Shown: positions 25,134 to 32,388 of the stretch, piece after piece
How the letters are laid out: every line of letters starts with the position of its first letter
Numbering within the stretch: position 1 is the stretch's first letter
Source of the DNA: a virus
Lineage: Duplodnaviria; Caudoviricetes
Virus record (IMG/VR): IMGVR_UViG_3300035492_000136
Coordinates: 1-38,773 of that record
Strand: one strand, 5' to 3'
Length of the DNA: 38,773 nt
Position numbers and translations under genes: made by a program
The notes under the pieces: generated by a model
What the model saw: only the letters and a program-made list of their open reading frames with translations
Database searches by the model: none
What the model was told of the DNA's origin: nothing

Positions 25134-26078
25134 ATGACCAACGATTGCAAGACATGCCCCGTATCCACTGGCACCCACAAGCCGGCCGAGGCTGCGCACC
25201 AAATTGAAGAGCCGCAGGACCAGGCGCTGCTGGAGCTGGCCGCCTACCGATTCACAGTGGAGAACCGAGAGGCGCGCATTGCGGAGCTGGAAGCCGAGCT
25301 TGAAGCCATCGGCGCCGGTGGCGTGGAGCCGCTGCGCAAGCCGGTAGCAGCACCGCAGGAAGAAGCCATCGCAGAAATCGTGAGCGCAAGCCACGACCAA
25401 GCAGAGTTTGGCGAGCGCGCTATCAATTTCCTGCGCGACTTCCAGCACCTGGAATACGGAACCAAGCTGTATCCAGCACCGCAGGCAGTGCAGGCCGCAG
25501 TGCCGAAATGGATCGACGACCCCCACGATATTGAGCAAGGCCAGATGCTGAACCCCGAATGGGTGAAGCTGCAGCAGTCTGACGCCCCCGCGCACCCCGC
25601 AGAGGGAGTGCCAGCACAGGCAGAGCCATTCATGTGGGCCATCCAAGAGCCAGGGGGCAGCGCTTACATGGACGAAAACTGCGTCAGCACATCGCGGGGA
25701 ATCGTAGAGGCAGAAGTCGATGGCCTGAATTTGGGTCTGGATGCCGATGACGAGCCGTACAAGGTCGTGCCTGTCTACCTTGCCGCCACCCAGCCAGCAG
25801 CGCAGGGGATGGATGGGCGCGAGTTCCCTCCATTGACGCCTGAGCTGGCAAGCATCTTGGGCCTGATGTGCTTTCAGTGCATTTCGTTCGCTCAAGCACT
25901 GCGTGCAGCTGGCCACACGATCAAAACCCGTGCCGAAGATGAACAGGCAGCAGTGCTGCACTGGATGCTGGGTCATTACTTCCGACATGGCGACGACTGG
26001 CGCACGGCGGCAGCTGAAGACATGAAGCGCATGGAAGCCGAGGCTCTTGCAGCCCAAGCCAAGCAAGGGGGTGCGTGA
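25134..26078 (+). CDS. Mosaic (Ead/Ea22-like) hypothetical protein
   Basis: GGAG RBS; ARIAELEAEL coil; modules joined by Ala/Pro/Gln linkers. Confidence 0.7.
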   Translation: MTNDCKTCPVSTGTHKPAEAAHQIEEPQDQALLELAAYRFTVENREARIAELEAELEAIGAGGVEPLRKPVAAPQEEAIAEIVSASHDQAEFGERAINFLRDFQHLEYGTKLYPAPQAVQAAVPKWIDDPHDIEQGQMLNPEWVKLQQSDAPAHPAEGVPAQAEPFMWAIQEPGGSAYMDENCVSTSRGIVEAEVDGLNLGLDADDEPYKVVPVYLAATQPAAQGMDGREFPPLTPELASILGLMCFQCISFAQALRAAGHTIKTRAEDEQAAVLHWMLGHYFRHGDDWRTAAAEDMKRMEAEALAAQAKQGGA

Positions 26079-26887
26079 TGCAGCACATCGTTTGCTACTC
26101 GGGGGGGCACAGCTCTGCCCTGGTGGCGCTTGACGTGGCGCATCGCTTCGGCACCAAAAACCTTGTGCTGCTGAACCATGACATGCATTTCAGCGTGGAG
26201 CACGCGGACATCAAGCGCTTCAAGCGCGACGTGGCCGAGCACCTGGGGGTGCCGCTGACGTTCGCCAGCCGCCGCAACGCGACACAGGACCAGTTCGATG
26301 TGTGCGTGGAATCCAGCGCTTTCAAGGTGAAGAACGGGAGCGAGCTTTGTACGGCGAGGCTCAAAACTGAGCCGTTCATGGAATGGCTGGGGGTGAATGC
26401 AACCCAGGGCGAGAGCACCATTTACTACGGCTTCGACGCAACGGAGCCAGGGCGCATTCAGCGCCGCATTGGGATCATGGGGCCGCTTGGCTGGAAGACC
26501 GATTACCCGCGCCTGTGGGCTGGCCGAAAGTACGAGAGCACCGAGCCCTTGGGGATCGCGCGGCCCTGCACCTACAGCGTTTTCAAGCACGGCAACTGCA
26601 TCGGGTGCCTCAAGGCTGGATGGCAGCACTGGTACATCGTTTACTGCACCCGCCCCGACATTTGGCTCAAGGGCAGATGGGCAGAGGATGAAATCGGCCA
26701 TGCCATCCACTGGGACGGCGACAAGCCGGTCTACCTGGAGGACATGGAACCGCGCTTTGCTGCCATGAGGGCGGCAGGGATCCCAGCAACCGAGCACATC
26801 CCTTATCAGCGATTTTGGGCACAGGCCAACAAGATCGTGCAGATCAACTTAGTACAGGAGGCGTTGCCATGCGAGTGCACAAGTTAA
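26078..26887 (+). CDS. PAPS-reductase-like (PP-loop) protein
   Basis: CYSGG.SS PP-loop, CTARLK.EP, YYGFD..E..R, HGNCIGCLKAG. Confidence 0.75.
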   Translation: MQHIVCYSGGHSSALVALDVAHRFGTKNLVLLNHDMHFSVEHADIKRFKRDVAEHLGVPLTFASRRNATQDQFDVCVESSAFKVKNGSELCTARLKTEPFMEWLGVNATQGESTIYYGFDATEPGRIQRRIGIMGPLGWKTDYPRLWAGRKYESTEPLGIARPCTYSVFKHGNCIGCLKAGWQHWYIVYCTRPDIWLKGRWAEDEIGHAIHWDGDKPVYLEDMEPRFAAMRAAGIPATEHIPYQRFWAQANKIVQINLVQEALPCECTS

Positions 26888-26927
26888 CTGAGCGAGCCAC
26901 CCAAGCAGCCAAACAGGGAGAGAACCC

Positions 26928-27449
26928 ATGACACACCACACAGACGCAGATCGCGCAGCGTTTGAAGCCTGGGCGCGTGGCTATGGCACATGGGAAGTGA
27001 AGCGCGATGATGATGTGGCGTTGGGAACCACTGGCTACACAGACATAACGCTTACGGTCGCATGGCATGCGGTGCAAGCCGCCCACCGCGCTCCAGCAGC
27101 ACCAGTGCCGCAGTCTGAGCCAGTTGGAAGCGTCTACACAATGGAGGCTTTGGTCCCTGGTGGGCGCGAAGTGCAGCACGTATCGCTGTACATGCCATTG
27201 CCAGCCGGGACCAAGCTCTACGCCGCGCCCCAGCCACCAGAGGCAGCGCCTGTGCCTCAGTTCAGCCGTATTGCACAAAAGAAGCTGGACCATCTGCTAG
27301 AGGCTGGCGAAGCAATAACCGGGTACGCCATAGAAAACAAGGACGGCAGACGCGGCGCTATTGATTGCCACGGTTTTGTCTATTGGTGGCAGGACGCCGC
27401 CGCGCCCCAGCAACTCGCTAATCACGGCATACAGGAGCAAAGCACATGA
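26928..27449 (+). CDS. Mosaic hypothetical protein
   Basis: RAAFEAWA, AW.A.QAA, EPV and GTKLYAAP modules. Confidence 0.7.
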   Translation: MTHHTDADRAAFEAWARGYGTWEVKRDDDVALGTTGYTDITLTVAWHAVQAAHRAPAAPVPQSEPVGSVYTMEALVPGGREVQHVSLYMPLPAGTKLYAAPQPPEAAPVPQFSRIAQKKLDHLLEAGEAITGYAIENKDGRRGAIDCHGFVYWWQDAAAPQQLANHGIQEQST

Positions 27450-27529
27450 GCCGCAGAGCCCGCCAGCGCGGCGACAAGCGCGACCGCTGGAAAGACCAGC
27501 AAGACGAACAAGACAACCAGCCCCGCTAA
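27446..27529 (+). CDS. 27-aa Arg-rich peptide (not in ORF track)
   Basis: AGGAG RBS, ATGA overlap; MSRRARQRGDKRDRWKDQQDEQDNQPR. Confidence 0.5.
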   Translation: MSRRARQRGDKRDRWKDQQDEQDNQPR

Positions 27530-27543
27530 GTCGGGGCTTTTTT
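27519..27543 (+). terminator. Intrinsic terminator before xis-int
   Basis: AGCCCCG-CTAAGT-CGGGGCT+T-tract. Confidence 0.8.
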
Positions 27544-27555
27544 ACGACCAAAGCC

Positions 27556-27792
27556 ATGACCTCCTTATTTCTCACATGCGATGAAGTGCGCGAGCTGACC
27601 GGCATCAAAACCGGCAAGTTCGGCAAGCGGCGCGAGGAACTACAGGCCGCAGCCCTGCGCACAATGAAAATCCCCTTCTACGTCAACGCAGCAGGCCGCC
27701 CCATCGTATCGCGCGCAGTGATCGAAGGCGGCACGCAGCACAACACGGAGGCTGCGCGCCCTAAGTGGGAGCCAGCATGCGCCCATGGTTAA
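27556..27792 (+). CDS. DUF4224-like putative excisionase
   Basis: FLT.DEV.ELTG...Q...L..MKIPF.VN..GRPIV.R; overlaps int start. Confidence 0.8.
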   Translation: MTSLFLTCDEVRELTGIKTGKFGKRREELQAAALRTMKIPFYVNAAGRPIVSRAVIEGGTQHNTEAARPKWEPACAHG

Positions 27793-28810
27793 TGCAATGC
27801 CCGGCTTTCGCGCCCGCCATCAAAAGTCGGGCAAGGTGTACTACTACTTCGACACCGGCGCCAAGCCGCGCCGAGAAATCCCCCTGGGCAGCGACTACCG
27901 CGAGGCCGTCAAAAAGTGGCTGGAGCTGTCCAACATGCCACTGGCCGCGCCCATGGAGACTTTTGCAGACCTGGCCGACAAGTACGAAGCCGAGGTGGTG
28001 AGCGCAAAAGCCAAATCCACCCAGCAAACCCAGCGCGGCGATATCAAGAAGCTGCGGGAGTTTTTCTGCAACCCGACGCCAGCCCCCCTGGATGAAATCA
28101 AGCCCAAGCACATCTACCAGCTGCTGCAGTGGGCCAAAAGCACACCCACCACGGCCAACCGCTTGAAGCGCACATTCAGCCACATGTTCAACACCGCCCG
28201 CGCATGGGGCTGGACGGAAGCAGAAAACCCCTGCACCGGCATCGAGGGCCACGCGCTGGGCAAGCGCGAGGTGTACATCACCGACACGGTGTACCGTGCC
28301 GTGTACGAGCAAGGCAGCGACTTGCTCAAAGACGCCATGGACCTGGCCTACCTCACCGGCCAGCGCCCTGGCGACGTGCGCGAGCTGACCGAGCACCACA
28401 TCCAAGACGGCTGCCTGGTCATCCGGCAAAGCAAGACCGGCGCCCCGCTGCGCTTTGTCATAGAGGGGGAGCTTGCCGCGCTGCTGGATCGACTGGCGCA
28501 GCGCAAAGCCGGGCGAAAACTGCACAGCTTCAACCTGCTGACCACCCCTCAAGGCACAGCCGCCACGTCCATCACACTGCGCAGACACTTTGAAAAGGCC
28601 CGCGCAAAAGCCGCCGAAGCTGCAAGCACCCCGCAACTGGCCGCAGAGATCCGCGCCTTCTGGTTCTACGACCTGCGCGCAAAAGCCGCCGACGATGTTG
28701 CAGACGCCAGAGGCGAGCAAGCGGCGGCCAAGCAGCTTGGACACGCATCAGTTTCCACAACCAAGCGGCATTATTTGCGCCGCGGAGCCAAGGTGCAGGC
28801 CACCAAATGA
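27785..28810 (+). CDS. int: Tyrosine integrase
   Basis: TGQRPGD (Arg), QSKTG (Lys), FYDLRAKA, LGH....T..HY.R. Confidence 0.95.
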   Translation: MVNAMPGFRARHQKSGKVYYYFDTGAKPRREIPLGSDYREAVKKWLELSNMPLAAPMETFADLADKYEAEVVSAKAKSTQQTQRGDIKKLREFFCNPTPAPLDEIKPKHIYQLLQWAKSTPTTANRLKRTFSHMFNTARAWGWTEAENPCTGIEGHALGKREVYITDTVYRAVYEQGSDLLKDAMDLAYLTGQRPGDVRELTEHHIQDGCLVIRQSKTGAPLRFVIEGELAALLDRLAQRKAGRKLHSFNLLTTPQGTAATSITLRRHFEKARAKAAEAASTPQLAAEIRAFWFYDLRAKAADDVADARGEQAAAKQLGHASVSTTKRHYLRRGAKVQATK

Positions 28811-28860
28811 CAGGCCGTTTTGCTGCATAATAACCAGCACTCATTAAGAAGCGCTTTTCG

Positions 28861-29094
28861 AATTTGCGGAGCGCTCCGCAAAATTACCGTTTGTCGCTAC
28901 ACTTAATGAAGCACAAAAGCCTTGCAGGACAACGCGGTGGCGTTAGCTCAGTTGGATAGAGCAACAGCCTTCTAAGCTCACCAAGAAATCTAGGTTTTAT
29001 GCGGGTTGCGCGGCAGTTTCCGCCCCGCATTCATGTACGTTTAAACAGTGATCTAGCCCGCGTTATTTCGTTTTTGCACAGCCAATTGCGGAGC
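28861..29094. other. attP: arm-type sites, core and IHF-like site
   Basis: TTGCGGAGC at 28864 (+), 28873-28881 (-), 29086 (+); AATCTAGGTTTTA at 28987; phage genes on both sides. Confidence 0.8.
28937..28978 (+). pseudogene. 5' half of tRNA-Arg(TCT), att core
   Basis: GTGGCGT-TA-GCTCAGTTGGATAGAGC-A-ACAGC-CTTCTAA-GCT; similarity stops in the 3' anticodon stem; no T arm or CCA. Confidence 0.9.
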
Positions 29095-29115
29095 AAAAAC
29101 AGGCAGCCAAAACGC

Positions 29116-29153
29116 AAAAAAGCCCCCTCCAGCGCAAGCCAGAGGGGGTTTCT
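29116..29153 (-). terminator. Terminator after lysis cassette
   Basis: AGCCCCCTC/GAGGGGGTT stem with A6 on the left. Confidence 0.75.
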
Positions 29154-29638
29154 TATTTGGGCTGTGTTGATCGCCAGCACTGCACCGCATAGTCCTGCAG
29201 GTAATCTATTTTTGCGGCGTCTTCTCCGATGGCTTCTCGGTGGTCGAGAACACGGCGTTGTACGTCTGGGTCGATTTCGATGGTGTCATGGCCCACGCTG
29301 CCGGCGCCTGGATCGCCGGCCCCGCTGTCTGCTGGCACGTACTTGGCGATGAGGCGCACCCCGCAAGTGCCATCAGCGACACAGCCGCGCAGGCGGCGTA
29401 GCTCTTTCTTGTCATCTTCCAGTCCTTTCCACGCTTTTGCGTCTGCGGTTGAGATGGCGGCATTCGCTGCGCGCCCGATGGCCATCACCTGCTCGGCCAC
29501 GGCCAGGGCCTGCTGGTCGCGCTGGGCCAGCTCCGCGGCGTGCTGGCCATCCAGGCGCCAGCCGTTGACCTGCCAGCCGGCACCAAAAGCCAGCGCAGCA
29601 CCCAGGGCGATGCCCAGCAGCTTTGCCTTATCGAGCAT
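29153..29638 (-). CDS. Rz: Rz-like inner-membrane spanin
   Basis: N-terminal TM (AFGAGWQVNGWRL), coiled coil, C-terminal LQDY. Confidence 0.85.
   Translation of the reverse strand: MLDKAKLLGIALGAALAFGAGWQVNGWRLDGQHAAELAQRDQQALAVAEQVMAIGRAANAAISTADAKAWKGLEDDKKELRRLRGCVADGTCGVRLIAKYVPADSGAGDPGAGSVGHDTIEIDPDVQRRVLDHREAIGEDAAKIDYLQDYAVQCWRSTQPK
29206..29415 (-). CDS. Rz1: Rz1-like outer-membrane lipoprotein spanin embedded in Rz
   Basis: Alternate frame inside Rz; lipobox LAGC; Pro-rich PAIQAPAAWAM. Confidence 0.8.
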   Translation of the reverse strand: MTRKSYAACAAVSLMALAGCASSPSTCQQTAGPAIQAPAAWAMTPSKSTQTYNAVFSTTEKPSEKTPQK

Positions 29639-30260
29639 TGCCACCCTCCACGCCACGAATGGCAATCGTGCTGAAATGCCCATCACGCCCCCAGTCACGG
29701 CACAGCTCGGCCGTGGTGGTGCGCCGGTCAACCAGACCAGGCAGGCGCACGCTTTGGCCGTTGACGGTGCCGCGCACCCACCGGGGCATCTGGGCGCAGG
29801 CGCCATCCAGATCGCCGGCATTGGCAAGGGCCAGCAGCGTGCTGCCCTGCACGGCCGGCACGCCCAGGTTGTAGATCATGTCGATGAAGCTGGCCTGCAC
29901 CCACACGTTGTAGGCACCCCAGTGCTTGAACATGCGCTTGGATGCGCGCTCGGCCTCCAGGTACTTGGGCACCTCCAGGCGGTAGCAGTCTTCCTTGCTG
30001 TAGTAGCGCCCAGCCACCACCCCGGGCCCGGTGACGCCGTTGCACACAGTCAGGGGTTGGCCCTTGCCCAGCTTGTCGACGTAGGGCACGCCAATGTGCC
30101 GGCCGCTGCTTTCGTAGTGGGCACCCAGCTCCATCGCCAGCTGCACGGCCTGGCTGGGCTTGGCGGGCTGGTCGACCGCCACATAGGTGGTCGCGCCCAT
30201 GGCAAAACCCAACGCCACCTGCAGCAGCTTGTTGCGCAAGATTGCAGGCACCTTGCTCAT
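29628..30260 (-). CDS. GH24 endolysin, probable SAR type
   Basis: E..PY.D..TVCNG.TG triad, YNLG, W...G...LPGLV.RR..T; weakly hydrophobic N-terminal segment. Confidence 0.88.
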   Translation of the reverse strand: MSKVPAILRNKLLQVALGFAMGATTYVAVDQPAKPSQAVQLAMELGAHYESSGRHIGVPYVDKLGKGQPLTVCNGVTGPGVVAGRYYSKEDCYRLEVPKYLEAERASKRMFKHWGAYNVWVQASFIDMIYNLGVPAVQGSTLLALANAGDLDGACAQMPRWVRGTVNGQSVRLPGLVDRRTTTAELCRDWGRDGHFSTIAIRGVEGGNAR

Positions 30261-30550
30261 CGCAACCCCCTCCAGGCGCTCCACGCCGTTACACACGCCG
30301 CCCCAAACGCCACGATGGCAGCCGCCGGCCGCGCCAGCTTACCCACCCAGTTGAACACCTTGATGGCGCCCGTCATGGCTGAGAAGAACTCCAGCAAGTC
30401 AGCAAGCTGTTGCTTGAGTTCATGCAACTCTTGCCGCGTGGTTCGCAGCTCACGCTCAATGCCCGCCATGCGTGTGCTGCCGTTGTCAAACTTTTGATTG
30501 ATCTGCTGCACCGTCACTGCTGGCAGCTCGTTACCGTGATCGTCAACCAT
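30257..30550 (-). CDS. Holin-position membrane protein
   Basis: Coiled coil plus C-terminal hydrophobic segments, directly upstream of endolysin. Confidence 0.65.
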   Translation of the reverse strand: MVDDHGNELPAVTVQQINQKFDNGSTRMAGIERELRTTRQELHELKQQLADLLEFFSAMTGAIKVFNWVGKLARPAAAIVAFGAACVTAWSAWRGLR

Positions 30551-30598
30551 TCCCACCCCTTCTTAATTTCAGAACCGCCTTTGCGCCCCACATCCCCG

Positions 30599-30712
30599 CT
30601 ACTCTCTATTGAAAACAGCGAAATCTTCAAGGAGTTGGATTGCACCAGTGATCGCTGAAGCACAAACGGCGGCCCCTCCCAAAGTAGCCGCCGCACCTGT
30701 TGTTGGCTCCAT
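30599..30712 (-). pseudogene. Possible holin N-terminal relic
   Basis: MEPTTGAAATLGGAAV start then early stop. Confidence 0.3.
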
Positions 30713-30732
30713 GCTCATCTTTCGGTAGACGT

Positions 30733-30754
30733 AAAAAAGCCCCGACTTGCGGGG
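30733..30754 (-). terminator. Intrinsic terminator after tail-fibre cluster
   Basis: GCCCCG-CAAGT-CGGGGC+T6. Confidence 0.75.
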
Positions 30755-30780
30755 CATCGTAAAAATCTGGAAATTCAATG

Positions 30781-31020
30781 TCAGGTGGGCATCCAAATAG
30801 AGCCATCAAAGCGCTTCACAACTTTCTCTTGCCAAGATGTACCGTCGAAGTACTTAAGCCGACCTATTACCCATGCACCACCAGAATAAATTTTGAACAC
30901 ACTGACGGGCTGCTCAGGAGCTTCTCCCAAAGTGAAATCAACCGCGTTACCCATTGGCGGTATGTACGCAGAGCCCAATACGAAATCAACAGCTGCACCT
31001 GATGGTGGTATGTACGCCAT
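30781..31020 (-). CDS. Small repeat-containing tail-fibre-associated protein
   Basis: AYIPP.G.AVDF.LG twice plus three (Y/F)(S/D)G..W repeats. Confidence 0.75.
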   Translation of the reverse strand: MAYIPPSGAAVDFVLGSAYIPPMGNAVDFTLGEAPEQPVSVFKIYSGGAWVIGRLKYFDGTSWQEKVVKRFDGSIWMPT

Positions 31021-31041
31021 GCTCACTCCTATCCAGAAACA

Positions 31042-31932
31042 CTAAGACACAACAGGGGTTACCCAGTCATACACGAGCGCGTTTTTCATGCTCTCGGCGG
31101 CATCCAGACAGACCACGGTGTAGGCGTCGCCGTTGGGCAGTGAAAGCGAGTACCCCCCTGTGGTGCCGCTGCTCACTGTTTGTGCTACCACGGCACCATC
31201 AGATCGCGCATGTGCCCGCACAACACGCGAAACAGGCGATCCTGAGGCATCCTTCACGGTTCCCGATATCACATAGCTCGGGGCCGCTGCAGAAAGCATC
31301 GAAACGAGACCTAGTAATATCGCCTCCCCGGTAGCCGAATATGTGGTGTTTCCTGCGTACAGGAATCCACAAAATGCAATATCAGCAGGAAACTGACCAC
31401 CCTGTGTATCAATCGCACCAGCTTTGGCGTACGCAATCTTTATCCCCGTATCACTGGAACTATTTAATGCCAGCGTACTCGCCCCCGGGGCAATCGCAGA
31501 TGGCGGTATGTAAAAACCGTAGTCCGAGGAAGCATAGGGCGTTACGTTTGCAGGCGTGGTTACACCGACGTCTGTCCACAATTCGCTGTTTCCGACGGCA
31601 TAAAAGGTGTTTACCACGGACTGTGTCGCAACACCGGACGCCAATCTGCACGCCACAGCAGGGCCGTTTGTAGAAATCCCAGCTGCTGTCCCTGCGATTT
31701 CTGAAATCAAAACAGGCACGCCCATCCGAAAAGCATCGCCAATGTTTGCAGAACCGGTTGCACCAAGGCCCGTGCGCACCCCCACGATCAAATCGTAGGC
31801 TGCAAGACTCTGTGCTGTCGATGCACTCGCGGCCATCAGCGTCACCGTATGCCCGCCGCCCACCAGAACGTCTCTAGTGCGCACAGCAGACGGGTGTGTT
31901 GTCGATTCCGTTACCAAAACAATGTTTGCCAC
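31042..31932 (-). CDS. Putative tail fibre / receptor-binding protein
   Basis: AT-richer; C-terminal ISGTVKD..G.PV.R.VR...R.DG beta-sandwich motif. Confidence 0.65.
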   Translation of the reverse strand: MANIVLVTESTTHPSAVRTRDVLVGGGHTVTLMAASASTAQSLAAYDLIVGVRTGLGATGSANIGDAFRMGVPVLISEIAGTAAGISTNGPAVACRLASGVATQSVVNTFYAVGNSELWTDVGVTTPANVTPYASSDYGFYIPPSAIAPGASTLALNSSSDTGIKIAYAKAGAIDTQGGQFPADIAFCGFLYAGNTTYSATGEAILLGLVSMLSAAAPSYVISGTVKDASGSPVSRVVRAHARSDGAVVAQTVSSGTTGGYSLSLPNGDAYTVVCLDAAESMKNALVYDWVTPVVS

Positions 31933-31944
31933 GATCGCGTTCCT

Positions 31945-32388
31945 TTAAGAAATATCAAGCCACAAGTCGCCAATCTGCGGAGATTCGGGAGGCGTTGCAG
32001 ATACCGTAATCGCACCAACAGCGCTTCCATGCACACCGCCTTGCCCTACACGCCAGTCCTCGGTTGCGGTGACGGTTGCCGCTCCAACCGTCAATTTGTA
32101 GACACGGGCATATGTCAGCCCGTTATTCCAGTTGGTGGTTGCAGTAGATGCGCTGACGGCGCCTGTCGCACGATTGACAACCACGTAGTTTGTTGCAGCG
32201 GGTGATAACTGAATGACTCCACTTTGAATCAACTGTCCACGCCAACTGCCGCCAACATAACCCCAGGTCAACCCTGAAGTGGTTGCGGCATCTTTGGCAT
32301 ACACGGCCATATGCGCTAGGGCTTCAAAGTTTTCATTAACCGGAATCTCTGGACTGTCTTGTGCAGGCATCCATTTCTGCAAGCTCAT
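31945..32388 (-). CDS. Minor tail / fibre adaptor protein
   Basis: E..VNENF.AL N-terminus, C-terminal S.TPP.SP..GDLW.D. Confidence 0.65.
   Translation of the reverse strand: MSLQKWMPAQDSPEIPVNENFEALAHMAVYAKDAATTSGLTWGYVGGSWRGQLIQSGVIQLSPAATNYVVVNRATGAVSASTATTNWNNGLTYARVYKLTVGAATVTATEDWRVGQGGVHGSAVGAITVSATPPESPQIGDLWLDIS

Noticed and set aside
28937-29010. Complete tRNA-Arg gene
   Set aside because: No 3' anticodon stem completion, T arm or acceptor 3' strand; treated as att core
29036-29050. GTTTAAAC near attP as a CI operator
   Set aside because: Only half-sites; the TAAAC-N5-GTTTA spacing is not met
30548-30556. Holin/antiholin dual start (GTG GGA ATG)
   Set aside because: The extension lacks the basic residue of the lambda S107 type; no further support
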